Below, piece by piece: positions 11,675 to 32,783 of a stretch of 64,000 nucleotides of DNA. The number at the start of each line of letters is the position of its first letter. The stretch's first letter is position 1. The position numbers and the translations under genes are program-made. The stretch is from Paraspadella gotoi (Eukaryota > Animalia > Chaetognatha): NCBI GenBank assembly GCA_051294375.1, contig CM119269.1, positions 4,193,401 to 4,257,400 on the forward strand. Reading direction: 5' to 3'. A model generated the notes under the pieces. That model was not told the DNA's origin. It did no database searches and saw only the letters and a program-made list of their open reading frames with translations.

Positions 11675-14600
11675 GTGAGTTGATAGGTCTTGGTTCAGTT
11701 CTTTTACTGAATGATTAATTGATTGATTGATTTTTTCATTTATTTATTGATTTATATCTATTTATATCTCCTTATTTCCTTATTTGTTTCTCTTTTCCTT
11801 TATCTATCTATTTATTTATTTATTTATTTATTTATTTATTNNNNNNNNNNNNNNNNNNNNNNNNNNNNNNNNNNNNNNNNNNNNNNNNNNNNNNNNNNNN
11901 NNNNNNNNNNNNNNNNNNNNNNNNNNNNNNNNNNNNNNNNNNNNNNNNNNNNNNNNNNNNNNNNNNNNNNNNNNNNNNNNNNNNNNNNNNNNNNNNNNNN
12001 NNNNNNNNNNNNNNNNNNNNNNNNNNNNNNNNNNNNNNNNNNNNNNNNNNNNNNNNNNNNNNNNNNNNNNNNNNNNNNNNNNNNNNNNNNNNNNNNNNNN
12101 NNNNNNNNNNNNNNNNNNNNNNNNNNNNNNNNNNNNNNNNGAAAGGAAGGGTGATAGATGAGGCCAAGAGGATTTGGGTAGGGGTCTGTTTTATTTTGAG
12201 ACTGTGAAATGTTGAAAAAAATTAGAAGGGTAGGGCAAAGATGGGGGAGGAAGCTGAGGAGGGGTGCATGTAGTTTGAGGCCAAACCTGAAGCTTGAAAA
12301 GTTGAACAATAACTTAAAGCAGGAGAAAATAGTGAGCAATAAACGATTCAATAAAAAATTAAACTGTACCTGGTAAACAGGATTGTTAATTTATCAAACA
12401 GTTGGTGAGAGCTAGATTTTTGTTTAAAAAAAAAACTTCCTTAAAGGGAAATTCTCAAAACAAGTCTGGTCTAGAAAAGAATAAAAAGGGACTCTGTAAC
12501 TCGGTCGGGGTTCGAACGCTTGACGTGTTGAGCGACGCCCGAATTTAAACAACGATTCGCGCGTCAAATACAATGTGAGTGAAAAATCTTCAAGTTCTTT
12601 TGTGGACGTTCACCAAATATTTTGATGCGGTGAAATTTTCACACGAAGCGACTCGTGAAACATTCGCGCGTCGGCGATTGTGATATCTCGACGGGTCGGG
12701 ACTTGTGAAAAGTTTGAAAGGAGAAGAGAAGTGTGAAGAAAATGAGTGATCGAGTTTCGTTGAGAGGAGAAAGCCGGGCGGTGAAGGAAGGGGGGGGAAG
12801 GGATGGAAAGTGTAAAATTGCTGAAATTAATTAATTGTTCGTTAATGATAGAAATAACGTTAGAAATAACAGATTTTAAAGTCGACTCCAAATGTAGAAG
12901 ATAATAAAGTTTAAAAAAAAAGTTTTTAGTGATTGAAAAACATTTTCTAGCTTTTTTCACTCCTTTTTAAAATAGCTAAGTTTCATTTTTTAGATTATTT
13001 CGTTGTTTGCAATGTTTTTCGACCTTCCTTTGAATCTTAAGAATCTCTTTCTTTTTTCTTTCTCTCTCTTATGTCATTCTTTCTCTCTCATCTTTTTTAT
13101 TTCTCTCTCTTTCTTCCCCCTTCTCTCTCTCCCCTGCCCCTTGCTTTCTTTTCTTCCCTTTCCACTCAATAAAAAAAAGTAGTCGCGAGAGAGAATTAAA
13201 CTTAATCGTAGGATAAACAACACAAGCGATGGTCCGGCACCCCGAGGCTTCGAGATAGTTTCGAATCTCGGCACCCCGAGGCTTCGAGAGTTTTATTTAA
13301 ATGAAATGTTACCTGGTAGCGAGATCGAAACCCAGTAATACCCTCCCAAAAAATTTAAAACAAACAAATCTCGGCCACATTATCCGAAATCGCTCAATTT
13401 CGGCTTAAATTTAAAAATAAATTAGTTTTAAAAATTAGGTTATTGGTCAGGGTAAGCGTTTATATTTAGGATTAATGAATGAATTAATGAAATATACGGA
13501 TACGGTCATGGGCACACACTCCGCGGCCTATTCGACCTTTCAATCGTTGTACAAAGGTTAAAATAAAATTAAAAGTACTCAATAATTAAAGTTACTGTAC
13601 TGTAAACAAATTTTGGAAAATTAGAGTTCGGTTAGGAACAAAATTATGATTAGAGATTGGGGTTAAGGATTATATTATGAATTTGGTCAAATATTATATT
13701 AAATATTCAAATTAAAATTAAGTTTGAAATTAAGAAACGGAAATGAGCCGCTTTAGGAAAATAGTGCCCAAACCTCATCCTTTTTTTTCCCCTTTAATTT
13801 CTACGTTTAAATTTTCAGGTCGTTTTACTTCGATCGAACGATAAACAAGATGAAGAAGGAATTCTCCCAGTTGTCGAAATTCATGACTGAATTTAACTCC
13901 TACGACAATCTCCTACAGAACCTGACCAAGGAAGCGGAGAGGCAGTCCAAGTAAGGCGCATCTGGGAAGGAGCTGTCTCTCACTTTGTCACTCATTCACG
14001 GGGTGAACTGGTAGTTTTTTTTTGGTTGTTGTTGTCAGATTTAACATCTTCGGCTTTTAATGTTTTATTAACTAATCGTATTAACTTTACACATTCTCCT
14101 CGTTTTGAAAAAAAAAAACATATAAACTTGTGCTGTATTTCTAATGGGCTCGAGCGATCTGTCAAACGAGATTAACAAGATTAACCAGATTTAAAGTTCA
14201 AGTTTAATTTTTTGTTTTCAACTACAAAGCAAACAAAACCTTGGACGACGAACGTTATAATTCAAAACATGTCTCATATGAAAAAAATAAGTTTATTTTT
14301 ATAAACACTCTCCAAAATAACTGTTTCGGTACACACGGTCTCATTCCTTAATAATGTTCGTTAAAGATCGATGATGATAATTCTTACCTCCTTTGTTTAA
14401 TGTTTTGTTTGTTACTGTATCTAAACCCTGATACGAATAAATATATACATATTAATCCACCGCATTCCTCTACCCCTTCAACTCCCCGACCTCAGGCTCG
14501 TCTCCGGGCTGGAGACGGAGGTAGATCCCTCGACGGTGCCCGGCGGTCGCGCCGTCCTCGACTCCCCCAAGTACGTCGACATCTCCTCCACCATCAAAGA

Positions 14601-17600
14601 TCAGCAGGCGGAACTCCAGCACTTGAAGGATCTCACCAGCAGCTTGGAGCGCACCATGGCCAATCTCAAGGTGGAGAAGGAAATTCCATGTTTTTTTAAA
14701 TTTTCTTGTTAAATGAAGAGAGATAGTTCGTTTATTTGTGAATTAACGATTGATTTTTAGCGTTAGCGAACTTATTTTATATATTAATTGATTTATTTTT
14801 TTTGCTTAATTGTTGGCTGGACAATTAAGTCCCATGGATTAATTGATTATCATTTTCTACCAATATATTATTGATTTGGTTTTATTGATTTCATTCGTTA
14901 TTTGATTCATCAATTCGTTATATACTCGATTGATTGATTGACCGATTGATACATACTTCTCCCCCAGGTCTCCGTCACCAACCGGGCCGGCATCGGCCAC
15001 CCTCGACGTCATCGGCACAAACACAGAATCGAAAGCGACGCCGACGACGACGACGACGACGACGTTCCCGTCGGCGACGACGAAAACAACGACGACAATG
15101 AATCCTTCATTCGAACGTTGAAGACGAAGAAGGAATTGTCCGAGATTCAATCGTCTTTGGGGGATTACGCGGGTGAGTCTGCGCGTCTGTCGGTCTGTCT
15201 GTGTGTCGAGATGTCTGTCTGTCTTTCTGACTCGTCTGTCTGTCCATCTGTCGGTTCACCATCCTTGACTCTGTGTTCTTTCGTTTTCTTAAGGCATTTT
15301 GGAATCTCAAAAGAAGAATTTTGTTCAGCTGGAAAAAAGGGTTCACCGTTTCAAGAAGGAATTGATCAACGTCAAGAATCAGGTGAGTGAAGAAGGAAAA
15401 AGGTAAGGAATCAATGGAGTGATGAATAGAGGGAGAAGCGTGATTATGAAGGAAACTAATAAAAGATGAACGCTGTGATATAATCATATATATATATATT
15501 TAGAGAAAATATAATACAATGAGATAAAATTAAAAAGACAAAATTAATATGAAGTGAAAAATGAAAACGACGATAGAAGAAAAAAAAATCCAAAAAATCA
15601 AAAGAGAAATAAAAAAGAATTCGGTTTGAGGGGGGAGGGGTGATGGGGAGTGAGGGGGGGAGGCACATAGGTAGAATGAATGAGAGATGAACAAAGAAAC
15701 GAAGTTTGGAATAAACTAGAATTAAAGAAGATACCGAAATTCTTTTGACCTTTTTTTCTCCAGAGTAAAAAAAACCAAACATCCCTTTTTACCGTTTACC
15801 TCAAAGAAAAAAAAAAAAAGGAAAAGAAAAGAAAAGAAAGGAAAGAAGAATAAACTGAGGGAAAAAACGTGTGAATTTGAAAAAGAAATTTGAATAAGAA
15901 ATAAAAAAAAAAGAAGTGGAACAATCGAAAGTTACTTCGGTTTAATTGAATATTTCTGATGATCAATAAAACGTTAGACTAGCGATCATTATCTGGACTC
16001 AACTGCTTCCAATCGATTTAGATATTTAAAGTTCACGCTGAGGAAATGAAGCGTTTAAGAAGTACCCGTAGCTTTTAAAAGTCCCTCAAAGTCAGTTTCC
16101 CATCGCGACGCTCCCATCGATTCTCAATGAAGCGTCATGATTTGAGAAACGTCTCTCGATCGTTCGGGTCGTCGTCCTCCTTCCTCATTGTCTTCATTTT
16201 AGCGTTATCTTTCTCCTCATCCTCCTCCTCCTCCTCCTCTTCAGGTCGGTGGAGTCAAAAACGAAACGGGAAAATTGAGACAAGAATTGATGAACCAAAT
16301 TTCCCAACGAGATTTCGAGTCGAGAGGATTTTTGGCGTCTAGTCAAGCCAACATCCAGGTGAGGGTCATTAACTTAGTGCTCTCTCTCTCTCTTGCGCCA
16401 CGCGACAGGTCATCCTCGATTCCAAATACGGAAACACGACGCGTTTCTTGAGGAGGAGGTGAGAATGGGGGGGCGGTGGAGGGGGGAGGGGAAAGGAGGG
16501 GGTGGAGTAGGGGGAGAGGGAAAGCAGGTATGGGGGGGGAGAGGTTTGTGTGAGTGTGTGAGATAGCATGCGACTTTAATTTACTTTATATGTTTTGTTT
16601 TTTACATCCTTAAATTGCTTCATCAGTCACTATTGTTTTTTTTTCAGCCTGTGTCCACGTCCAAACTTGAGGTTCGTCAAAAATGGTCGTCACCGTCAGC
16701 ATCATCGTCGTCGTCGTCGTCGTCGTCGTCGTCATCTTCGTTCGTCCACAATAACGATCGACTGCCCGAGATTCCGCAATCGGAAATGAAGCGACGCCCA
16801 ACGGACGACGTCGCCCGTCGCCTCAACGACGACGACAATGACAGAACATACGTCTCCTCCTCCTCCTCCTCCTCCTCCAACCCACCCACCGTCCACATCA
16901 AACGCTCCGCCGACGACGACGACGACGCCGACGGTTTCCATAGCGACGACCCTTCCTCCCAGCGCCGCTTCCCGCACCCGAGCCCGCTCGACGTCAACGG
17001 GCCCGAGGTGCCGGGCTCTCGGTCGGCTCAGCGGCAGCGCTACCCGGCGCCGGAAGACGAGGCGCCGGAGCCTCCGTCGGCGCCGGAGTCGGCGTCGGCG
17101 CCGCGCAGGCCGCAAGTGCCGTTTCCGCCGGACGTGGCCGAGACGCTGAACGCGCTGCCGACGCGGGAGGGAGATCAGGGGTCGCGGCTACTGGAGCGGG
17201 CGTTCGTGTTGATCGGACAGGAAATGATCGGACACCGGACCAAGCTGGGTCAGTGGAGGAGGGAGGGTTGTTATTTGGAGGGGATGGGGTGGTTGGTTGG
17301 GCGATGGGAAGGGGCCTCTTTGAATTTATTGGATCTATAAGGATGTCGTCCTTCAATATCCTCTTGTAATTGTTCATCTATTCATTCCTTTATTCATTCA
17401 TTGTTTCATTCATTCATTCATTGTTTCATTTATTGTTTCATTCATTCATTCATTCATTCATTGTTTCATTCATTCATTCATTCATTCATTGTTTCATTCA
17501 TTCATTCATTCATTCATTCATCCATTCTTTCATTTCGCTTTTTCATTTATGAAATTGGTACAACCAATATAAAAATTATCCATTCATTTAATAAATATAA

Positions 17601-17858
17601 AATATAAAATATTTATTATTTCAGTCGGTAAGTCATTCCTTTCATTGTATCCTCTTTCATTAATGAAATCCATTATTCACTGATCCGTTTTACTTAACGA
17701 ATCCCATCCCACTTGCAGGCGTCCTGGAGGACATCTTCGTGACCCAGAGTCACCAGCTGGGCGGCTACACCGACAAGCTCTCCCTCTTCCTCTCTACCTA
17801 CGAGGACGACATCCGCCACATCAAGGGGAAGATGGAAGAGGCTCAACTCGGAAATTAA
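11503..17858 (+). CDS. Uncharacterised coiled-coil protein, probably secreted; 5' incomplete
   Basis: GT-AG exons 11503-11674, 13819-13950, 14496-14670, 14968-15172, 15294-15382, 16245-16358, (16409-16458), 16648-17248, 17719-17858 (TAA). A phase mismatch between 11674 and 13819 implies an exon hidden in gap 11841-12140. The protein has heptad-like helices, NLT/NET/NTT sequons and KR dibasic sites. Confidence 0.72.
13373..13769. mobile_element. Degenerate intronic MITE
   Basis: Imperfect ~40-bp TIRs (ggccacattatccgaaatcgctcaatttcggcttaaattt / aaattaagaaacggaaatgagccgctttaggaaaatagtgccc). Flanks aaatctc and aaacctc form a candidate 7-bp TSD with 1 mismatch. The interior is AT-rich with ttagg-like motifs. 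Confidence 0.5.
13819..13950 (+). CDS. Coiled-coil gene exon (SFYFDRTINKMKKEFSQL...)
   Basis: ttttcag| acceptor, |gtaagg donor, phase 2-2. Confidence 0.7.
14496..14670 (+). CDS. Coiled-coil gene exon (LVSGLETEV...LERTMANLK)
   Basis: ctcag| acceptor, |gtggag donor, phase 2-0. Confidence 0.7.
14968..15172 (+). CDS. Coiled-coil gene exon with His/Arg and poly-Asp tracts
   Basis: cccccag| acceptor, |gtgagt donor, phase 0-1. Confidence 0.7.
15294..15382 (+). CDS. Coiled-coil gene exon (ILESQKKNFVQLEKRV...)
   Basis: ttaag| acceptor, |gtgagt donor, phase 1-0. Confidence 0.7.
16245..16358 (+). CDS. Coiled-coil gene exon (VGGVKNETGKLRQEL...)
   Basis: ttcag| acceptor, |gtgagg donor, phase 0-0. Confidence 0.65.
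16648..17248 (+). CDS. Coiled-coil gene Ser/Asp/Pro-rich exon
   Basis: Inside ORF 16615-17340; ttttcag| acceptor and |gtcagt donor. Confidence 0.68.
17376..17527 (+). repeat. (CATT)n microsatellite
   Basis: Direct reading. Confidence 0.9.
17549..17598 (+). repeat. Truncated third copy of the 2633/3513 repeat terminus
   Basis: atgaaattggtacaaccaatataaaaattatccattcatttaataaata matches the terminus and sits next to a (CATT)n tract. Confidence 0.75.
17719..17858 (+). CDS. Coiled-coil gene terminal exon (VLEDIFVTQ...EEAQLGN*)
   Basis: ttgcag| acceptor, phase 1, TAA at 17856-17858; AATAAA near 18296. Confidence 0.72.
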
Positions 17859-18616
17859 CTTGAACCCAAAGCGATCGATCCACGCGCCTCAGGCTGAGAC
17901 ATCGTTTTCAATCTGCCTGCCCCCCATCCCCCCCAACCCCCCCAACCCCCCAACCCCCACAACCCCTCAGCCCCCCTTATTTCCCCCCCCTCATTTTCCG
18001 TCTAATTGTTCCCGGGTGATGATTTCTCACGATTGGGGATCAACGTACGAACAAATTGTTCGCCGTGGCAGTTGTGTTTTTTGCGTGTGTGGAGGAGAGA
18101 GGGAAGAGGAAAACGACGACGATGAAGACGTGAACGATGACATGGACGATGGATTTCACAAATTGAGACTTTCACTTCAACGAATTTCACAAAGTTCCTT
18201 CGGAATACCTTCTTTTTTTTTTACTCACCATTTTTTCGTGAAAAAAAATTTGGACTTTGCATATTTAATTAAAATATAATATAATAGATATAATATAATA
18301 AATTATAAAATTGACAAAATAATTTATTGTACTCGACCGAAATGTTCATTTTTATTCATATATACTGTATTACAGTATTTTCTATTTGAGAGTTTTATTT
18401 TCCATTATTTAGCTTGTTATTTTCTAACTTTCTATTTTCTAAGATAGTCTCCGGTTAATTTTCTTTATTCTGACGAACAAATAAGATGAACCCGATGTAT
18501 CGTTAGGTGAGGCCGATAAGATTAAGGTAGGCAAAGTTGGGTAAGGCTCGAAAGATAAAAGTAAAGGACGCCGAAATATCTTTTTACTGATCCCGATCAG
18601 TTCTGCAATAAAATTC

Positions 18617-18724
18617 CGACGTTTTTACGAGCGTGCGTGTTTTCAAGGTCCGACACTTTTTGAGGTCGGACGATTGCCAGACCGGACACTTGCGATGTCG
18701 TACACTCGCGGTCGTAAAAAGTCG
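18617..18724. repeat. Nested imperfect palindrome of ~16-bp degenerate units (MITE-like remnant)
   Basis: Outer arms cgacgtttttacgagcgtgcgtgt / acactcgcggtcgtaaaaagtcg; inner arms gtccgac / gtcggac. Confidence 0.5.
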
Positions 18725-19755
18725 TACGCATTTTGAAAAAAAAAAATCTTTATCTAGGTAACTTTAATTTAACATCGAGGAATCACCAGAATTCAAAAAT
18801 TACATCATTTTTCGAAATAAGATTTTAACGTATACATTCCAACATTCCAAATTGTTTACACTAGAAAAAACTACTTTATTTTAAACCTCGTGTCATGAGT
18901 ATATTATGTTTAATAATAGTTGATTTTATCTTAATCTTCGTCTTGATCTCATTGTTCGTCCGAATAATATCGATCATAATCTTTGACGTCGTCGCTTTTG
19001 CCTCGAGGCGACCAACGATTTGATGGACGACGACGACGACGACGAAGACGACGACGACGACGACGACTCAAACGATGCCATCGACGGAAACGATGAATAA
19101 CGCGGTCACAATGACGACGACGACGACGACGACGACGATAATTGGGGCTGTTATCGTCGACGTCGAATCCAGTTAACCGTTTTGTCTCGACGACGAAAAC
19201 GATAAGGGAAACGACCACAAAGATTTTTTTTTTTTTTTTTTGATCGATGAACATCTTCGCTCTCTTTTCGCTTCGACGGAAATAAAAAATACAATAAAAC
19301 AAATAAATAAAAATAAATAAAAGAAAAAGAAAAGTCGCAATTGAAATTTAAGGTGAAAAAAACCAAGAAAGGAAAAGTATAGTTTATAAATGAATATATC
19401 AAAGAAATTTTAAAATAAAAATAATTTCCTGAAGCAATTAAAATCAAAATTTAGATTTCGAAAACATTAAATATTTTGCGTTATGATTTTCTTAATTCGA
19501 TTAAATTTTTACTGCTGCCAAAACGATTTATCGGTAAAAACTGGAAAAGTTGAGCAGAATTTAATTTATTAATTAAGACAAAAAAAAACCTTGAAGAGGA
19601 AATTGAAGTCAAATTGAAGTCAAATTCTTTGACGAAACGAAAAAAATTTTTTTTTTCTTTGGGAAAACAGAATCTTCAGGCCACTGGCCTCTGTTTCCCA
19701 TGTGATAGTTCGTAAAAAGATCTAATTAATTTTTAAATAATAATTCAATCTATGG

Positions 19756-19794
<39 letters not shown>

Positions 19795-20072
19795 TTGTCG
19801 TATTCACTGACTGAAAAAAAAAATTTCCAAAATATAAATAAAAATGAAGAAAATCTGAGTCCGAGTCCGAGTCCAAATCTTAGTCCAAATCTGAGTCCAA
19901 ATCCTAATCCCAAATCTTCGTCCCTCGATCGTCGCCGTAAATCAAAGAGAATTCGTGACGAACGAAAGGGAAAAAAAAAAGAGTAACAATGGGAGGGAGG
20001 GAACCTAATCACGTTTAATGGAGTTGACCCGGCCTTCGCGACGGCCTCGAGTCAAGAGGGGGGAACCACATC

Positions 20073-20115
<43 letters not shown>

Positions 20116-20691
20116 GGCAGACCTTACCAATTTTGACGAGTAAGTTTCAATAAAGCCACGTCTCTATCGCCTGTCTTATCGTGGCCACGCAATCATTAAC
20201 GGTTTTGCCGCTTGGCTGAGCGTTGCATTGGTCAGTCAGTCGTTAACGGCGTCTGTAATAAAACACAAATACATTTATTTTGGTTGCTGCGCTATTTGAT
20301 TAGAACATTTTTTTATATAGTTTACAAAAAAAATTTTCTTGCTGTACAAATGGATGTATGGATTTTTTTACAATAGACTTATCATTTTGCTCTCTTTTCA
20401 GTCCAATATGTAAATGAATCGAAATATGAAAACTGTTAAATACTTATAAACTTTAATTACATCAGCGATCGAAATTTAACTTCGTCGACGATTCGACAAC
20501 TAAACAATAATTAAAAAAAAAAAAACAATAAACTAATTCTTCGTCAAGAACTGAAAATGACCTCCGCCGCTCACGACCTCGTCCCGCCCTCCTTCCTCAA
20601 CGGTTCCGCGATCCTTTCCGGCTCCACTTCCGCCAAACCTGCGCCCTCTAGGCGACGCTCATCAAGCCACGCCCACTCGCGTCACCGGACT

Positions 20692-28149
<7,458 letters not shown>

Positions 28150-28632
28150 GACTAAAAAAAATATTTCTTCAATTCATATTCGACAAATGAAGTTAATATT
28201 GAAGGCTGTCGATGTCGCTTTGCTTGTAGAATGTTGGCAAAACTTCTTTTAATTCTACACCACGCAACTACATCAAGAGGGACATAATTTGAAGGAGCAA
28301 TCCTCGAACTACGCCTCTCGACCAGAGTCCATTTCCTGCGACGGAATTAAATTTCGATCGAATTTCGATAAGAAACTTCGATGAGAGCGAATATGACGAG
28401 CCACTCCGCGTCGCCCGCATGGATGCGGAGTTCGGATCCTTCGAATCGAATCCCGCATCGCGACGAAGGCTGAAATCAAAATTGAACAACAACAACAACA
28501 ACGACGACCACGACGACGAAAGCGGAAGGAAAAAGAGCAGCGGGTGGGAAAGAGAACAGGTTTGGGATCTCGATGTGTGCCTGAGTGGCTGTGTCGTGGG
28601 AGTAAGCGACGAGCGGAGGCTGAGAAGCAGAC

Positions 28633-28772
<140 letters not shown>

Positions 28773-30034
28773 AATGAGAGAGAATTTTAAAAGGAAAACT
28801 AACTCGAAGAGGCGCTAGCGATTCGAGTTTTTGTGAAAATTCTTCTGGCAAACAAAAGATTTTGCGCAAAACACACGTTTCTTATGCGTAGCTTAGGAGA
28901 TTGCGATTATTTTCATTTTGACATCGATTAAAAAAAAAAGAATTGTCTGCTTGCCTCCTTGTTCCTACGAACAAGCGATCACCAGCTGTTATTTCAGGTC
29001 GAGCAGTCGTAAATGTCGTCGTCGTCGACGTCGTGTTCGTCGCCTGTTACTGACCGGAAATTGCCGAAGAGGGCAACCGCTTTGACGTCAAGACGCGGAT
29101 CCATGGCAAACACCGCGAAATGCCGACGGTCCCGTTCTAATCACCATCGCAAACAACTGGCGATGCTGGCATCCCAATCTCGATGGCAAACAAAAGGCCA
29201 TGGTGGCATCCCAATCCCTATGGTAAATAGATGAGAACGTATTTAATCGAATTCTTGCGGTCAAGAATTGAGATGTGGAGAAAGTTGAGAGAAAGGCTGA
29301 TAGACGTGAGGGGAGGCTATTTATACTGTATTCATACTGTACATACGTAGTATTACCTCATATTATTTGAAAAGACAGAGCTAAGAGATAAATAAATAAT
29401 AAATATAAGATAGAAATCATGAAAGTTAAAAAGGATAAGAAAGAAGATATTAAGGAAAAATAATTAGAAGAAAGTGAGAAGAAAGAACAAGCAACTGCTG
29501 CATTCTTTTCAGGAAGCTTGTTTTCGTTTCCGGGAAAGGTTAATGAGTTACCCACGGGTCAACTAAAAAAACTAAGAAAAATAAAGTACGAAATAAAGAC
29601 GGGAATTGAAAGAGAGAAAGAAAGAAAGAAAGAAAGGTAAAAAAAGAAAGAGAGAGAGCGCACACTTTGGCGTTCTTCGTCAACTGACAGCCCAACGAGC
29701 GGTCAACCCGATCGCCGATTAACGACTTCCCGTAAACCGTGTGAGGTTTCCTTTGATCCTTGAGCGTTCCCGCCCGGATCTCTTCGGAGCGCACCCTTCT
29801 CGATGCGGTCGTCAAACGACCCTCGGCGAAGCCTTCGACGATGGACGCTAACGATGATTCGAAAGGAAGGGAGGCGCGTCACATCACAGGTTTCGCCGGT
29901 GTCCGTTAATCCCGTCAATCCGTCAATCCGGTTCGATTTTGCGTAAAAATCGCGTAAAATCGCGCAACATTCGTAAAACGCGGAAAATGAGCGGAGGCTT
30001 CGGTTCGCTATTAACGAGGGTCGTCGAAATTGGG

Positions 30035-30158
<124 letters not shown>

Positions 30159-30924
30159 TATTTTATTTGGGTATAAACATTAATATGTAAGTACAAGGTG
30201 CCAGGGGCCATATGTTTTTCAAATCAAAGGCCGTTTAAAATACACGATATGAATAAATGTCACGATCTCCCTGGAAAATAAATATCGATCATAGAGAAAA
30301 AATGACTGAATTTTCAAATGGCCACGTTGCAGGCGTTGCACTAAAAAATGTTTTTTAAAAATAATTTTAGATTAGTTACTGCAAAAAGTTTAAAGGCTCA
30401 TTCTACTAAAAAAACATTTACGAGCCAAATACACTATCACGATGCTTGATGGACGAAAACGCCATATCCAACGTCAATCGGCCATGACGCTTTCACGAGG
30501 AAACCATGGAAACCGTAATCACGTAGCGATGTTTGTACAGAATTTGTGAGACGTGACCTCGTTTCCGTGAATGTACTCCTGACGTAATTACTTTGTGACC
30601 CAAATGTATTTTACGTGGTTGCTTGTGATAAGTTCTGATTTCTTCTCTGCTCGCCTTGCCACTTCTATTCCACCGCCCCACCCGCCCCTCCACCAGGAAA
30701 CGCACCCTCGCCAGCGGCAGCGCCTTCGCCCACCCGACGTCGACGCCACCCAACAACGAGATTCGGTCCCGCGCCGGGGGCCATCGAGATCCAGCGTCGG
30801 TGACGTAGACCCGGACGACGCCACGCGCGTCAACGTTTGGCGGAATTGGTCGTCGTCCGACGTCACCATCCAATCGAAGAGATCGTCTAGGGTTTTGGGG
30901 GGGGGTAGATAGAGGGCGGGGGGG

Positions 30925-30963
<39 letters not shown>

Positions 30964-32679
30964 AGATTAAAATTTGATGGATCGCCGGGAATAACTGGAA
31001 GTTAAAGAGTTGCTACTCTTCTCGTCTTTCGCTTTTCGATTCTCTTTTTTTCCACTCAATTTGAGCCCAGAAATTTATACAGTGAAGCCAGGATATTCGG
31101 GTAAAAACGGTAAGTAACCTGATGACGAAACGTTTTGGTTTTACACTTTAATAAATTCAGATTCTCAAATAAGTATCCAACGTGCGATAAGTTACTATTT
31201 TTTTTGTTGAGAGAAACAGAAGTATTATAAGATTAGCATGTTATATCAGACAAAGGTGTGCTTGAGCAGAAGGTGGAAAAATAATTCGATCAAACGTTAT
31301 CTGATTATTTCAAGTAGAGCGAGATAAATTCAGAAAATCTTCGTTCAATGACTCTCTCTCTAAAAAAAAAGACTCAAAAAAATAAAAGATAAGAAAAAAT
31401 TATTTTTTGCCCTTAAATTGTAGGATAGGTTTATTTTACAACGATGATATTTTAAGAATGATCATTATCCACAATCTCCCACGTATCACGCTAGAGAAAC
31501 CACCCATCAAGCAGTCGACGATCGCGTTATGCATTAAGGTTGTGTTGTTGTCGTCGTCTCGTTTTTATGACGTTGTTACGCTTTTCTTCGCGTTTTCGCT
31601 CCGCGAGTTTGTTTGCATTTTGTTTGCGATTGTTTGCCTTTGATGGGAGCCCAGATGCGAGCGTCGCAGCTCGGGCGAAAATAGGAAAAATTGGTGGGCG
31701 TGTCTCGCAACGGCCGAAAGTAAACTCGCGGTCGGAAACGTCGCGACTCGCCTTTCGTGAACACGAATCAATATTCTAGCCTAATCTTACTCGACTTTTC
31801 ATACAAAAAAATAGTAGACGGTTTCTACAATGCTTAAATTTAATTTTAATATATTTGTAAAAAATATTATTAAAAAATCAATATGATCCAAGATACATAA
31901 GGTAAACGACTTTTTCTTCCTAAAGCAACTTTAAATTAACAGATTATGACTATGAGTATGAGTTTTAAAAAAGAAAAGACTGGAACAAAGTGACTTTGAA
32001 TTGTCTTTCTTCCACTTTCGTTTAACAGCCGACACACCAGATGGCACACAACATCAGGGAGCAAACAAACGGCGCGAGCAGTCAAATCGGAATATAATTC
32101 TTCATGAAGGACAGTTGCATGTTTTAGGTTTAAATTATTTTATGTTAAATCGTGAATAAAAGCTACGTAATTAGTGGAAATCTTTATTTCAAACTTTTTT
32201 CCAACATTAACAGCAATTTAATAAAATTACATTATTATCAAAATAAGCTAAATAGCGTATAAAAACAGTCTACATTTGCAATAAAGTTGCAAGAGTATCA
32301 CGCCAAAAAATGACCAAGGAAAAATATCACCGAATATTATAATGCATAAATTTAGTAAATAACCACTATAGTAAAAATATGGACCGAGAGGTACAGGGTT
32401 AATTTAACAAAAAAAAAACAACACAAAAAACAAAGATCATAATAGTAATTGATTAATTCGTTAAAGCATAAGCAATTCGACGATAAGTTTTTCCCTCTTT
32501 TAACTCTCCCCTCAATCAAACTTCCTTTTTTCTCTTTCCTCTTCCAATTTTTCCAAAAGCGGCGAACTTACCCCTTCTTCCTTACCTTCCTCTTTCAACT
32601 CGGAATCCTTCTTCCCTTCCACACCCTCGACCCCACTTGCTTTTCGCATTTGCCTCTTTACTTTCCTCCATTTTTATTC

Positions 32680-32783
<104 letters not shown>

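Noticed and set aside
12495-12545. tRNA B-box-like GTTCGAACCCC on the minus strand; a similar T-arm-like word near 10840-10865
   Set aside because: No cloverleaf or A-box; at most a SINE remnant.
31118-31135. CTGATGA-C-GAAA hammerhead-like core; also ctgatga near 3525
   Set aside because: No stem II or flanking stems I/III can be formed.
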